This document shows, piece after piece, positions 35,717-43,278 of a DNA stretch of 64,000 nucleotides. Within the stretch, counting starts at the first letter, position 1. Each line of letters begins with the position of its first letter. The position numbers and the translations under genes were made by a program. A model generated the notes under the pieces. It had not been told where the DNA came from, made no database searches, and saw only the letters and a list, made by a program, of their open reading frames with translations. Source of the DNA: a virus. Lineage: Duplodnaviria > Heunggongvirae > Uroviricota > Caudoviricetes. The stretch covers positions 20,420-84,419 of the IMG/VR virus record IMGVR_UViG_2974574300_000001; one strand, 5' to 3'.

Positions 35717-36664
35717 TGTAGAGCATTTTTATCACCATACCATAACGAATATGGTGAAGAGTTTTATGTAGGTCGTGCTAACATTGGTGCTGTATCTTTG
35801 AACTTACCAATGATTTACCAGTATTCTAAAGAGAATGGCTTAGATTTCTGGAAAGAGCTTGATAAGTACCTAGAAATGATTCGCAGCTTCCACAAGAAAC
35901 GTTACGAAATGATTGCTAATATGCCAGCAAGTTCTAACCCTCTTGCATTCACACAAGGTGGTCTGTACAAAGGGAATAAGAAACCTACTGACAAGGTTGG
36001 CTGGGATATCGTGAAGTCCTTCACAGCTTCTTTTGGGGTTACTGCGCTTGATGAGCTAGATGTTCTTGCTGAAGGTAAACGACTTCATGAAGTTGGAAGC
36101 TGTAGTTTTGCATATGATGTTCTGGAATATATCAACATGAAGACTGAAGAGTTTAAAAATGAAGATGGCTTCTTATATGCAGTCTATGGCACTCCAGCAG
36201 AATCACTTTGTGGAACTCAGCTAAAACAGTTCAGAGATATGTTTGGCGTTATCAAAGGCGTTTCTGACAAGGAATACTTTACAAACAGCTTCCATATGAA
36301 TGTTGCAGCCGACATTACACCATTTGAGAAGCAGGACTTAGAAGAACCCTTCTTCCATATCTGTAGAGGCGGCAGAATCCAGTATGTAAGAGTGGCTAAT
36401 CCAGAAAACTTACCAGCACTTAAGAGTTGTATTACAAGAGGGATGTTGAAAGGTTTCTATCAGGGACTTAACTTTGACTTAGCAATCTGTGAGCATTGTG
36501 GCAACAGACCAAAGGCTGATGTTGAAGAATGTGAGGTTTGTCATTCACACGATATCTCTGTGATTAACAGGGTGTGCGGGTACTTGTCATTCACAAAAAT
36601 TAAAGGTCAGTCTCGAATGAATGACGCTAAGATGGCAGAAATTAAGGATAGGGTTTCTATGTAG
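35717..36664 (+). CDS. nrdD: anaerobic ribonucleotide reductase (class III), 3' exon
   Basis: Frame open from 35696; contains a four-Cys cluster and C-terminal glycyl-radical motif RVCGYL. Confidence 0.75.
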   Translation, partial: CRAFLSPYHNEYGEEFYVGRANIGAVSLNLPMIYQYSKENGLDFWKELDKYLEMIRSFHKKRYEMIANMPASSNPLAFTQGGLYKGNKKPTDKVGWDIVKSFTASFGVTALDELDVLAEGKRLHEVGSCSFAYDVLEYINMKTEEFKNEDGFLYAVYGTPAESLCGTQLKQFRDMFGVIKGVSDKEYFTNSFHMNVAADITPFEKQDLEEPFFHICRGGRIQYVRVANPENLPALKSCITRGMLKGFYQGLNFDLAICEHCGNRPKADVEECEVCHSHDISVINRVCGYLSFTKIKGQSRMNDAKMAEIKDRVSM

Positions 36665-36671
36665 AATACAA

Positions 36672-37229
36672 ATGAATTACGAACTAATATATAATGCAAT
36701 TATTAAGAAGGCACATTCTGAAAGGGGTGTGCCTCTTACATACTACAAATGTCAAGGTAAGGGTTATGAAAGACACCATATCATACCAGTGTGTCTAGGT
36801 GGCGATAAAATTAGTGGAGATAATATTGCTTTACTTACACCTAGAGAGCATTATGTAGCTCATAAATTACTGGTTAAGATGTATCCAAACAATCATAAGT
36901 TATGGTTTGCATGGAACAGGTTAGCTCATGATGGCCTAGATAGGAAAATATCATCCAGAGACTATGAAAAGGTAAGGGCTTTGAACTCGAAAGCTTCATC
37001 CATTGTGAATAAAGGTAGGGTTTTCACTGAAGAACATCGAAGACGATTAGGAGAATCTCAAATAGGTAATACAAAATCAAAAGGTTGTAAAAGGTCTATA
37101 GAAACAAGGAAGAGGATGTCAGAAGCCGGAAAAAAGCCAAAGAAAAAGAAAACTTGCCATCATTGTGGTATGACTGGTGGTGCTGGTAACATGACTCGAT
37201 ATCATTTTGACAATTGTAAGAAAAAATAA
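36672..37229 (+). CDS. free-standing HNH homing endonuclease
   Basis: 185 aa from ATG at 36672 (track start 36621 overlaps nrdD); GYERHHIIPVCLGGDKISGDNIALLTPREHYVAH HNH core, basic C-terminus. Confidence 0.6.
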   Translation: MNYELIYNAIIKKAHSERGVPLTYYKCQGKGYERHHIIPVCLGGDKISGDNIALLTPREHYVAHKLLVKMYPNNHKLWFAWNRLAHDGLDRKISSRDYEKVRALNSKASSIVNKGRVFTEEHRRRLGESQIGNTKSKGCKRSIETRKRMSEAGKKPKKKKTCHHCGMTGGAGNMTRYHFDNCKKK

Positions 37230-37242
37230 CCTTATGTAAAAC

Positions 37243-37272
37243 TTGACAAGGCGGTGTAGGTCTTGATAGGCT
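37243..37272 (+). promoter_or_regulatory. sigma70-like promoter upstream of nrdG
   Basis: cttgacaagg -35 box with a weak -10 (ataggc/taggct) 17-18 nt downstream. Confidence 0.3.
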
Positions 37273-37303
37273 TACATCACCTTTTTATTGGTGAGGTAAC
37301 TAT

Positions 37304-37789
37304 ATGAATTACATGGAGATTAGACCATTTGACACAGCTAATGGTGAAGGGGTTCGTGTAAGCCTCTTCGTAGCTGGTTGTAAGCATCACTGTGAAGGCT
37401 GCTTTAACAGGGAGTCTTGGAAGTTTAATGCTGGTAAAGAGTTTACTTATGCAAACCTTTACGGGATTCTAAGACTTTTGGAAGATGATTCTTTAAGTGG
37501 ATTATCTATTCTTGGTGGAGAACCACTAGATGACCGTAACGTTGAAGAGGTCACAAAGATTTGCCAGAAGGTAAAGTCTATCTACCCAGAAAAATCTATC
37601 TGGCTCTGGACAGGTTTTCAGTTACACGAAAAAATTCACCTAGATGTGATGAAATATGTTGACGTGGTGATTGATGGTAAGTATGATTCATCTAAACCAA
37701 CAGTTAAACCATATCGTGGTTCTGATAACCAAAACCTCTGGAGAAAAGAGTATGGGTGGCAAGGTGATTGTCAGTGGAGAGCCGAGTAA
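37304..37789 (+). CDS. nrdG: anaerobic ribonucleotide reductase activating protein (radical SAM)
   Basis: 161 aa with GCKHHCEGC (CxxxCxxC radical-SAM cluster motif); next to nrdD. Confidence 0.8.
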   Translation: MNYMEIRPFDTANGEGVRVSLFVAGCKHHCEGCFNRESWKFNAGKEFTYANLYGILRLLEDDSLSGLSILGGEPLDDRNVEEVTKICQKVKSIYPEKSIWLWTGFQLHEKIHLDVMKYVDVVIDGKYDSSKPTVKPYRGSDNQNLWRKEYGWQGDCQWRAE

Positions 37790-37826
37790 GTCTCGTCGTA
37801 GAGTAGGTTACGGAAAAGGTGAGATA

Positions 37827-38129
37827 ATGGTTCTTTCTTTTAACAGTGCTTTATTAGGTACTTACAAAGTTAAGACCGAACTCCTTGATGAGTGGAGAAA
37901 GTATACAAACTCACTTTTCGGTAATGTTGGAATGGAAGCCTTAGCAGAGATTGAGAAGGCTGGAACATTTGAAGTTGTCGGTAAAGGTAACTACACAATG
38001 TTCTACAAAACAAATTTAAACGTTGGTGACAGTATTGTTGGTGTCACTGAAGAAGAACTTAAAACATTTTGTGAAAAGATTGAGAGAGATACGAAATGGG
38101 ACTCTGGAACAGTTTTAAATCAAAAGTAA
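37827..38129 (+). CDS. hypothetical protein
   Basis: 100 aa from ATG with ggaaaaggtgag RBS (track ORF 37671..38129 overlaps nrdG). Confidence 0.35.
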   Translation: MVLSFNSALLGTYKVKTELLDEWRKYTNSLFGNVGMEALAEIEKAGTFEVVGKGNYTMFYKTNLNVGDSIVGVTEEELKTFCEKIERDTKWDSGTVLNQK

Positions 38130-38353
38130 AAGCAGCACTAGCTTCATTAGGTATGCTCACTGGTGTTGATGTGACTCATCTTATGCAGAACTTTAAGATG
38201 GATGAGAAGCTGGCTAATGAGATTATGAAAAGTATCTATGTAGGCCGTGGTAAAGGTGGTAAGAAACAAGCCCATCGTCCGTCTGGTGCAGCAGCTATTA
38301 AACGAGCAGCTAAGAAAGCTCGTAACCGTAAACGTAATAAGAAGGCTAAATAA
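38096..38353 (+). CDS. small highly basic protein
   Basis: 85 aa; C-terminal half Lys/Arg/Ala-rich (GRGKGGKKQAHRPSGAAAIKRAAKKARNRKRNKKAK). Confidence 0.4.
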   Translation: MGLWNSFKSKVKAALASLGMLTGVDVTHLMQNFKMDEKLANEIMKSIYVGRGKGGKKQAHRPSGAAAIKRAAKKARNRKRNKKAK

Positions 38354-38355
38354 TC

Positions 38356-38676
38356 ATGAGCAAAATCTATAACACTCGCAAATTACAGATTTTCGTACTG
38401 TGCCAGTTTATGGCTAAAGAATATAACTTCTACTATTGTGGTACAGGTTTTATTAGTGATGATGATGGTTCATATCTACCATTTAAAGAAGCTGTGAAGC
38501 TCTTTAATGAAGAGAAAAACTCTAAGAAAGATATTGAAAAGGTTAAGCTAACCTACAGCAAGAAAGATAAGAAGATTATCTGCCTAGATAACTTTGTAAA
38601 AGTTACTGGAGAAGCAAAAGAGTTTATGGATGAGAGTGAGATTTCATTCACAAGCATCTTGAAAGTAGCTCAGTAA
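38356..38676 (+). CDS. hypothetical protein
   Basis: 106 aa ORF. Confidence 0.35.
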   Translation: MSKIYNTRKLQIFVLCQFMAKEYNFYYCGTGFISDDDGSYLPFKEAVKLFNEEKNSKKDIEKVKLTYSKKDKKIICLDNFVKVTGEAKEFMDESEISFTSILKVAQ

Positions 38677-38689
38677 ACAGATACTATAA

Positions 38690-38715
38690 GGGAACTGTAA
38701 AGGTTCCCTTTTTAT
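38690..38715 (+). terminator. rho-independent terminator
   Basis: gggaac-tgtaaag-gttccc followed by tttttatttt. Confidence 0.55.
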
Positions 38716-38727
38716 TTTGGAGATAAA

Positions 38728-39243
38728 ATGTATCTGTCAAACCTGAAACGTTCGGCTGCAATGTCAGTCCTAAGACTCAGCTTTGAGGAACGTCAAGAGT
38801 TCATTGACTCCCACCAATACGACCCTTCTAACTCGAATCACATGGTTCTTTGGAATCGTGATAACTTCCGTGAAAGAGCACTTGTCCGTTATTACCCACA
38901 CTACACAATAGATAACCTGTATGAATGGTGTGTTGTGAAGAACACTATTGCAACACTGAACAATCTTTGCAGGTATACAGGTAAGCAAGCATTTACATTA
39001 GGCCACCACAAACCTGTTACAAAGGGTGGTGAGCATCACTGTGCAAACTGGTTTATCCAGACTAAGCTCGATAACCAGAAGCAAGGAGATAACCTTCTAA
39101 GCACACCTAAGATGACCTATGAAGAGCAAGAGAAATATATCAAAAATAATATGCCAGATGTGCTTGACAACAACTATACAGATTTGGCAATATCTCTCCT
39201 GTTGAAGTTCGAGACAGTTTATAGGGCAACTTATAATGGCTAA
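38728..39243 (+). CDS. hypothetical protein, possible HNH-like nuclease
   Basis: 171 aa; LGHHKPVTKGGEHHCANWFIQTKLDNQ loosely fits an HNH core. Confidence 0.3.
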   Translation: MYLSNLKRSAAMSVLRLSFEERQEFIDSHQYDPSNSNHMVLWNRDNFRERALVRYYPHYTIDNLYEWCVVKNTIATLNNLCRYTGKQAFTLGHHKPVTKGGEHHCANWFIQTKLDNQKQGDNLLSTPKMTYEEQEKYIKNNMPDVLDNNYTDLAISLLLKFETVYRATYNG

Positions 39244-39514
39244 AGAGAAGTGGAAGATTTTACCATTAGTCAGTGAAGGTGGTAATGGTTGTGAAATGTA
39301 CATGATACGTGGTCATGTTCCAGAACCAATTGCACTTGAGATGGTAAACAACTTTACAGATGGCTCTTACAAAGACTTAGGGGAGCCAACTATAAAGCAG
39401 CAATGGGTAAAGCCTGTACCAGACAGCACAGGTAACTGTAGTGTACTTTATCACGTTGTAGACCCTGCAAAATGCAAATCTGCAATGGCAGTAACAAACG
39501 TAACTTTTGATTGA
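39236..39514 (+). CDS. hypothetical protein
   Basis: 92 aa ORF. Confidence 0.35.
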   Translation: MAKEKWKILPLVSEGGNGCEMYMIRGHVPEPIALEMVNNFTDGSYKDLGEPTIKQQWVKPVPDSTGNCSVLYHVVDPAKCKSAMAVTNVTFD

Positions 39515-40407
39515 GAGAGAAAACTATGAAAACATCTATCCGTGTTACAGTTCATTCACCAACTAAAGGGACTCATGAAGAAGAGTTTAACATCGTCCAA
39601 TTTCCTTCTGGTGAGATTGGTGGACATTTTTCACCAGAGTTTGTTGATTTTACTGCTTATGCTGCATCATCCATCAACAACGTGATTATGATTGTAAAGG
39701 GTTATGACAAAGACACATTATTTGCTGTGGCACTTGCTAAAGAGGCAATTGATGATTTAGTACCTCATAAGTTTGCTATGAAGACTGCTATCTTTTACTA
39801 TTTGCCAAATGCACGTTACGACCGTCACATGTTTAAAGGCGATGCAGCAGCTTTGAAAGTGTTTGCACAACAGGTTAATGCAATGGGTTTTGATGCAGTC
39901 TGTGCAGTTGACCCTCATAGTTACGTTCCAGATAACCTTTTCAACTGCTTCCAGAGTATTCCTCAAAAGGAGATTGCAGTCCACTATGCAAATGACCCTC
40001 TGATTGATTACTTAGTAGCCCCAGATGCAGGTGCTTCTAAGAAGATTGCAGAGACTGCTAAAGAGGTGGATAAACCATATATCACAATGTCTAAAGTACG
40101 CAACCTTAAGACTGGTGAAATAACTGGTATGCGAATCCTTGATGATGTTGATTTGACAGATAAAACTGTCATGATTCTTGATGATATTTGTGATGGTGGT
40201 CGAACCTTCGTAGAAGCAGCGAAACATCTTCGTGAAGCAGGTGCAAAACGTGTGGAACTTTATGTAACACATGGTATCTTCTCTAAAGATGTTGAAAACC
40301 TTCTTGACAATGGTATCGACCATATTTACACTACAAACTCTTTAGGCGAAGCTAAAGACCGTGGCTTAACACATTACAGTCAAGTTACTGTAGCAAACCT
40401 TGATTAG
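39511..40407 (+). CDS. ribose-phosphate pyrophosphokinase family protein (Prs-like; candidate Adps-type)
   Basis: 298 aa; two-domain phosphoribosyltransferase-like architecture with PRPP-binding-loop-like VMILDDICDGGRT. Confidence 0.6.
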   Translation: MREKTMKTSIRVTVHSPTKGTHEEEFNIVQFPSGEIGGHFSPEFVDFTAYAASSINNVIMIVKGYDKDTLFAVALAKEAIDDLVPHKFAMKTAIFYYLPNARYDRHMFKGDAAALKVFAQQVNAMGFDAVCAVDPHSYVPDNLFNCFQSIPQKEIAVHYANDPLIDYLVAPDAGASKKIAETAKEVDKPYITMSKVRNLKTGEITGMRILDDVDLTDKTVMILDDICDGGRTFVEAAKHLREAGAKRVELYVTHGIFSKDVENLLDNGIDHIYTTNSLGEAKDRGLTHYSQVTVANLD

Positions 40408-40415
40408 GTAACAGT

Positions 40416-40907
40416 ATGAATAAGGGTTATTTTGAAAGATACCTAATATATGAACCAGATACAGGTTTATTAATTTGGAGAGTAACCCTTTGCAGTACCG
40501 CTATTGCTGGTAATGTGGCTGGCACAAGGTCTAAGAAGGGTTATATCCAAGTCCAGATAAATAAGAAGAGGTACTATGCACATAATATTGCATGGATTAT
40601 GTCTGGAGGTGAGATACCAAGTGGATATGAGATAGACCACATAGACCTTGATAAATCTAATAATAAGTTGGAGAATTTAAGACTTAGCACAAAGTCACAA
40701 AATCAGAGGAATAGGGGTATATACAAGAATAATAAAACTGGTGTGAAGGGTGTAAGTTTTTGTAAACAAACAGGTCTTTACAAAGCAAGAGTCATGCTTT
40801 ACCATAAAGAATACTTTTGTGGAAGATTTAAAACGGTAGAAGAAGCAAAAGAAGCTGTAATTAAAAAGCGAATAGAACTTCATGGTGAGTTTGCAAGACA
40901 TAACTAA
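40416..40907 (+). CDS. HNH homing endonuclease with AP2-type DNA-binding domain
   Basis: 163 aa; YEPDTGLLIW N-terminus, YEIDHIDLDKSNNKLENL HNH region, C-terminal EEAKEAVIKKRIELHGEFA; sits between the Prs-like and NAMPT-like genes. Confidence 0.65.
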   Translation: MNKGYFERYLIYEPDTGLLIWRVTLCSTAIAGNVAGTRSKKGYIQVQINKKRYYAHNIAWIMSGGEIPSGYEIDHIDLDKSNNKLENLRLSTKSQNQRNRGIYKNNKTGVKGVSFCKQTGLYKARVMLYHKEYFCGRFKTVEEAKEAVIKKRIELHGEFARHN

Positions 40908-40921
40908 GAGAGAGATAAAAT

Positions 40922-42703
40922 ATGAGTAAGTCACTTTACGCAGTACCAGCAGGTCTTAATGCAGATGCTTACAAGGCATCACATATATATCAGTATCCAG
41001 ATGCTACGCAATATCTTATGTTGAACCTGACACCACGTAGTGATAAATGGTTTAACAGTCCTTTAGCAATTGACGGTGTAGTGGCTTTTGGTATTCAACG
41101 TTTTGTTAAAGATTACTTGATAGACCACTGGAACGCCACTTTCTTTGAACGTGATAAAAAAGAAGCAATTGATGAAATCTTAGAAGTCATGAATGGTGTT
41201 CTGGGTAAAGATGCTATCGGTCGAGAGCATTGGGAAGCACTTCACGACTTAGGTTATCTACCAGTTGAAGTATACGCTGTAGAAGAAGGCACAGTTGTCC
41301 CTATGCGTGTTCCAATGATTGTCTTCCAGAACACTGTTTCAGGTTTCCATTGGGTAGCAGGTTATCTGGAAGATGCTTTCTCTGCTGAGATTTGGAAGGC
41401 TTGCACCATTGCGACTATCGCATTGCACTACAAACGTATCTGTAAGAAGTGGGCTGACCTTACTTGCGACAACGACTTACATTTACCTTATCAGTGCCAT
41501 GACTTTGCTATGCGTGGTATGTCCGGCTTTACTGATGACGCATTTAATGCTGTAGGTCACTTAACCAGCTTTAAAGGGACTGATAGCTTCCCTGCTGTAT
41601 ACACAGCTAAACGTATCTATGGACAGTCTTGCCCAATCTCTGATATTGGCAGTTCTGTACCAGCCACTGAACACTCTGTGATGTGTGCAAACATTGCTTG
41701 GGAAGGTGGTAACGAGTTGGTTGAAGAAGAAAGACGATTTAAAGGTGAGTTGCAAACCTTCCGTCGTTTCTTAACAGAAACTTACCCAACTGGTATTGCA
41801 AGTATTGTTTCAGATACTTATAACTTCTGGAGAACTGTGTCAGAAATCTTACCAGCACTTCGTAAAGAAATTATGGAACGTGATGGTAAGCTGGTAATTC
41901 GCCCTGACTCTGGAGACCCTGTACATATTGTCACAGGTTATAAAGCAATCCACTTAGAGTGTGCTAAAAAGGCTTACTACGAGCACCTAAGCAAGCTAGA
42001 GGCAAGTGATACAATGCTGAACTCTGTCCTGAACATGAAGCTTGAAAACATTAGTTACGGTATTGCTGGATGGCTACTGTCAGAAGGCTACGAGATGGTT
42101 GTTGACAGAGAAGACTTTGGAGTTGCTGATACAGTGATGTTGAAAAATGCTTATATGGTTGGTTCTGCAAACGTTGTAACACGTCCTGTAGCTGAAATTG
42201 ATGGAGCTATTAAGACACTGTACAACATCTTTGGGGGAACTATTAACTCTAAAGGATTTAAGGTACTTGATGAGCACATCGGCCTTATCTATGGTGACTC
42301 TATCACGCTGGAACGTGCAAACGAAATCCTGAAGCGTCTGTATGAAATGGGTTTTGCAAGCTCTAACGTAGTGTTTGGTGTAGGCTCTTACACTTACCAG
42401 TACATGACTCGTGACACCTTTGCATTTGCTGTCAAAGCAACTCTTGCAAGCATTGGTGGTAAAGAGATTATGCTTGCAAAAGACCCTAAAACAGATAGTG
42501 GTGTTAAGAAGTCTGCCTTTGGTGGTGTAGCACCCATGTGGGATGGTGATAAGCTGAAAGCTGTAGATGGCTATGGATTCCGGAGTTTTGCAGATGTACT
42601 TGACCACCCAGCTTGTGCTTTACGTTTAGTCTTTAGCGACTCTGAGCAGTTCGGTTATACAACTCTTGGTGATATTCGAAACAATATTGACAAGCAGCTT
42701 TAA
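40922..42703 (+). CDS. nicotinamide phosphoribosyltransferase family protein (NAMPT-like; candidate Namat-type)
   Basis: 593 aa; NAMPT-like N-terminus (GLNADAYKASHIYQYP), ~100 aa longer than typical NAMPT. Confidence 0.6.
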   Translation: MSKSLYAVPAGLNADAYKASHIYQYPDATQYLMLNLTPRSDKWFNSPLAIDGVVAFGIQRFVKDYLIDHWNATFFERDKKEAIDEILEVMNGVLGKDAIGREHWEALHDLGYLPVEVYAVEEGTVVPMRVPMIVFQNTVSGFHWVAGYLEDAFSAEIWKACTIATIALHYKRICKKWADLTCDNDLHLPYQCHDFAMRGMSGFTDDAFNAVGHLTSFKGTDSFPAVYTAKRIYGQSCPISDIGSSVPATEHSVMCANIAWEGGNELVEEERRFKGELQTFRRFLTETYPTGIASIVSDTYNFWRTVSEILPALRKEIMERDGKLVIRPDSGDPVHIVTGYKAIHLECAKKAYYEHLSKLEASDTMLNSVLNMKLENISYGIAGWLLSEGYEMVVDREDFGVADTVMLKNAYMVGSANVVTRPVAEIDGAIKTLYNIFGGTINSKGFKVLDEHIGLIYGDSITLERANEILKRLYEMGFASSNVVFGVGSYTYQYMTRDTFAFAVKATLASIGGKEIMLAKDPKTDSGVKKSAFGGVAPMWDGDKLKAVDGYGFRSFADVLDHPACALRLVFSDSEQFGYTTLGDIRNNIDKQL

Positions 42704-42716
42704 AAGTATATGATAA

Positions 42717-42740
42717 GAGGCTCCTACGGGAGCCTTTTTA
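42717..42740 (+). terminator. rho-independent terminator
   Basis: gaggctcc-tacg-ggagcc followed by ttttt. Confidence 0.6.
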
Positions 42741-42756
42741 ATTTCTGGAGAAAGAC

Positions 42757-43092
42757 ATGAAAATCAAAGAGATGAATATTAACGTTGTCTTGGAAGAACG
42801 CTGGGAAAACATTAAGAAACCTGAAGATGGTAAAAAGTTTCTTAACAAAATTTTAGTAGCAGCTAAAGAAGAACTGACGGGTAAGGTTGCAGCAGCAATC
42901 ACAATAAAGGTTTGTGTAAAAGGTCTTCCACAACATCACCAATTTGCACTTGACGAGTTTAAAGAAAGCTTCTACAATCCAAACAAACAGATGCTTGAAA
43001 GTAACTTTGCAGTGTCTACAAGTATCGTCCATGACAGAAGCTTTATCCTTTACAAAAACATGAGAGGTGAGTCATGCAAGCATATTGGATAG
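42757..43092 (+). CDS. hypothetical protein
   Basis: 111 aa ORF. Confidence 0.35.
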   Translation: MKIKEMNINVVLEERWENIKKPEDGKKFLNKILVAAKEELTGKVAAAITIKVCVKGLPQHHQFALDEFKESFYNPNKQMLESNFAVSTSIVHDRSFILYKNMRGESCKHIG

Positions 43093-43250
43093 AAATTTTA
43101 CTGTCACTTGGTAGTGTAGCAGTATTTGTTTACCTTCTTTGCAAGTACTATGCAGAGCACAAGAAGTGTGACTACTGCAACGGAGAAGGGTATACAAGAG
43201 CAGGTTGTTGCCCTATGTGTGGCGGTTCTGGTAAAATGTTTAATAAGTGA
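43074..43250 (+). CDS. small membrane-anchored zinc-finger protein (not in ORF track)
   Basis: 58 aa; N-terminal TM (ILLSLGSVAVFVYLL) then CDYCNGEGYTRAGCCPMCGGSGK (two CxxCxGxG-type units); gaggtg RBS. Confidence 0.35.
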   Translation: MQAYWIEILLSLGSVAVFVYLLCKYYAEHKKCDYCNGEGYTRAGCCPMCGGSGKMFNK

Positions 43251-43278
43251 TTTAACAGTAAACTAAGAGGAAAGTATT

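Noticed and set aside
36621-37229. Track start at 36621 for the HNH endonuclease (overlapping the nrdD 3' end by 44 nt)
   Set aside because: An ATG at 36672 immediately after the nrdD stop gives a clean N-terminus (MNYELIYNAIIKK...), so the shorter model 36672..37229 is preferred
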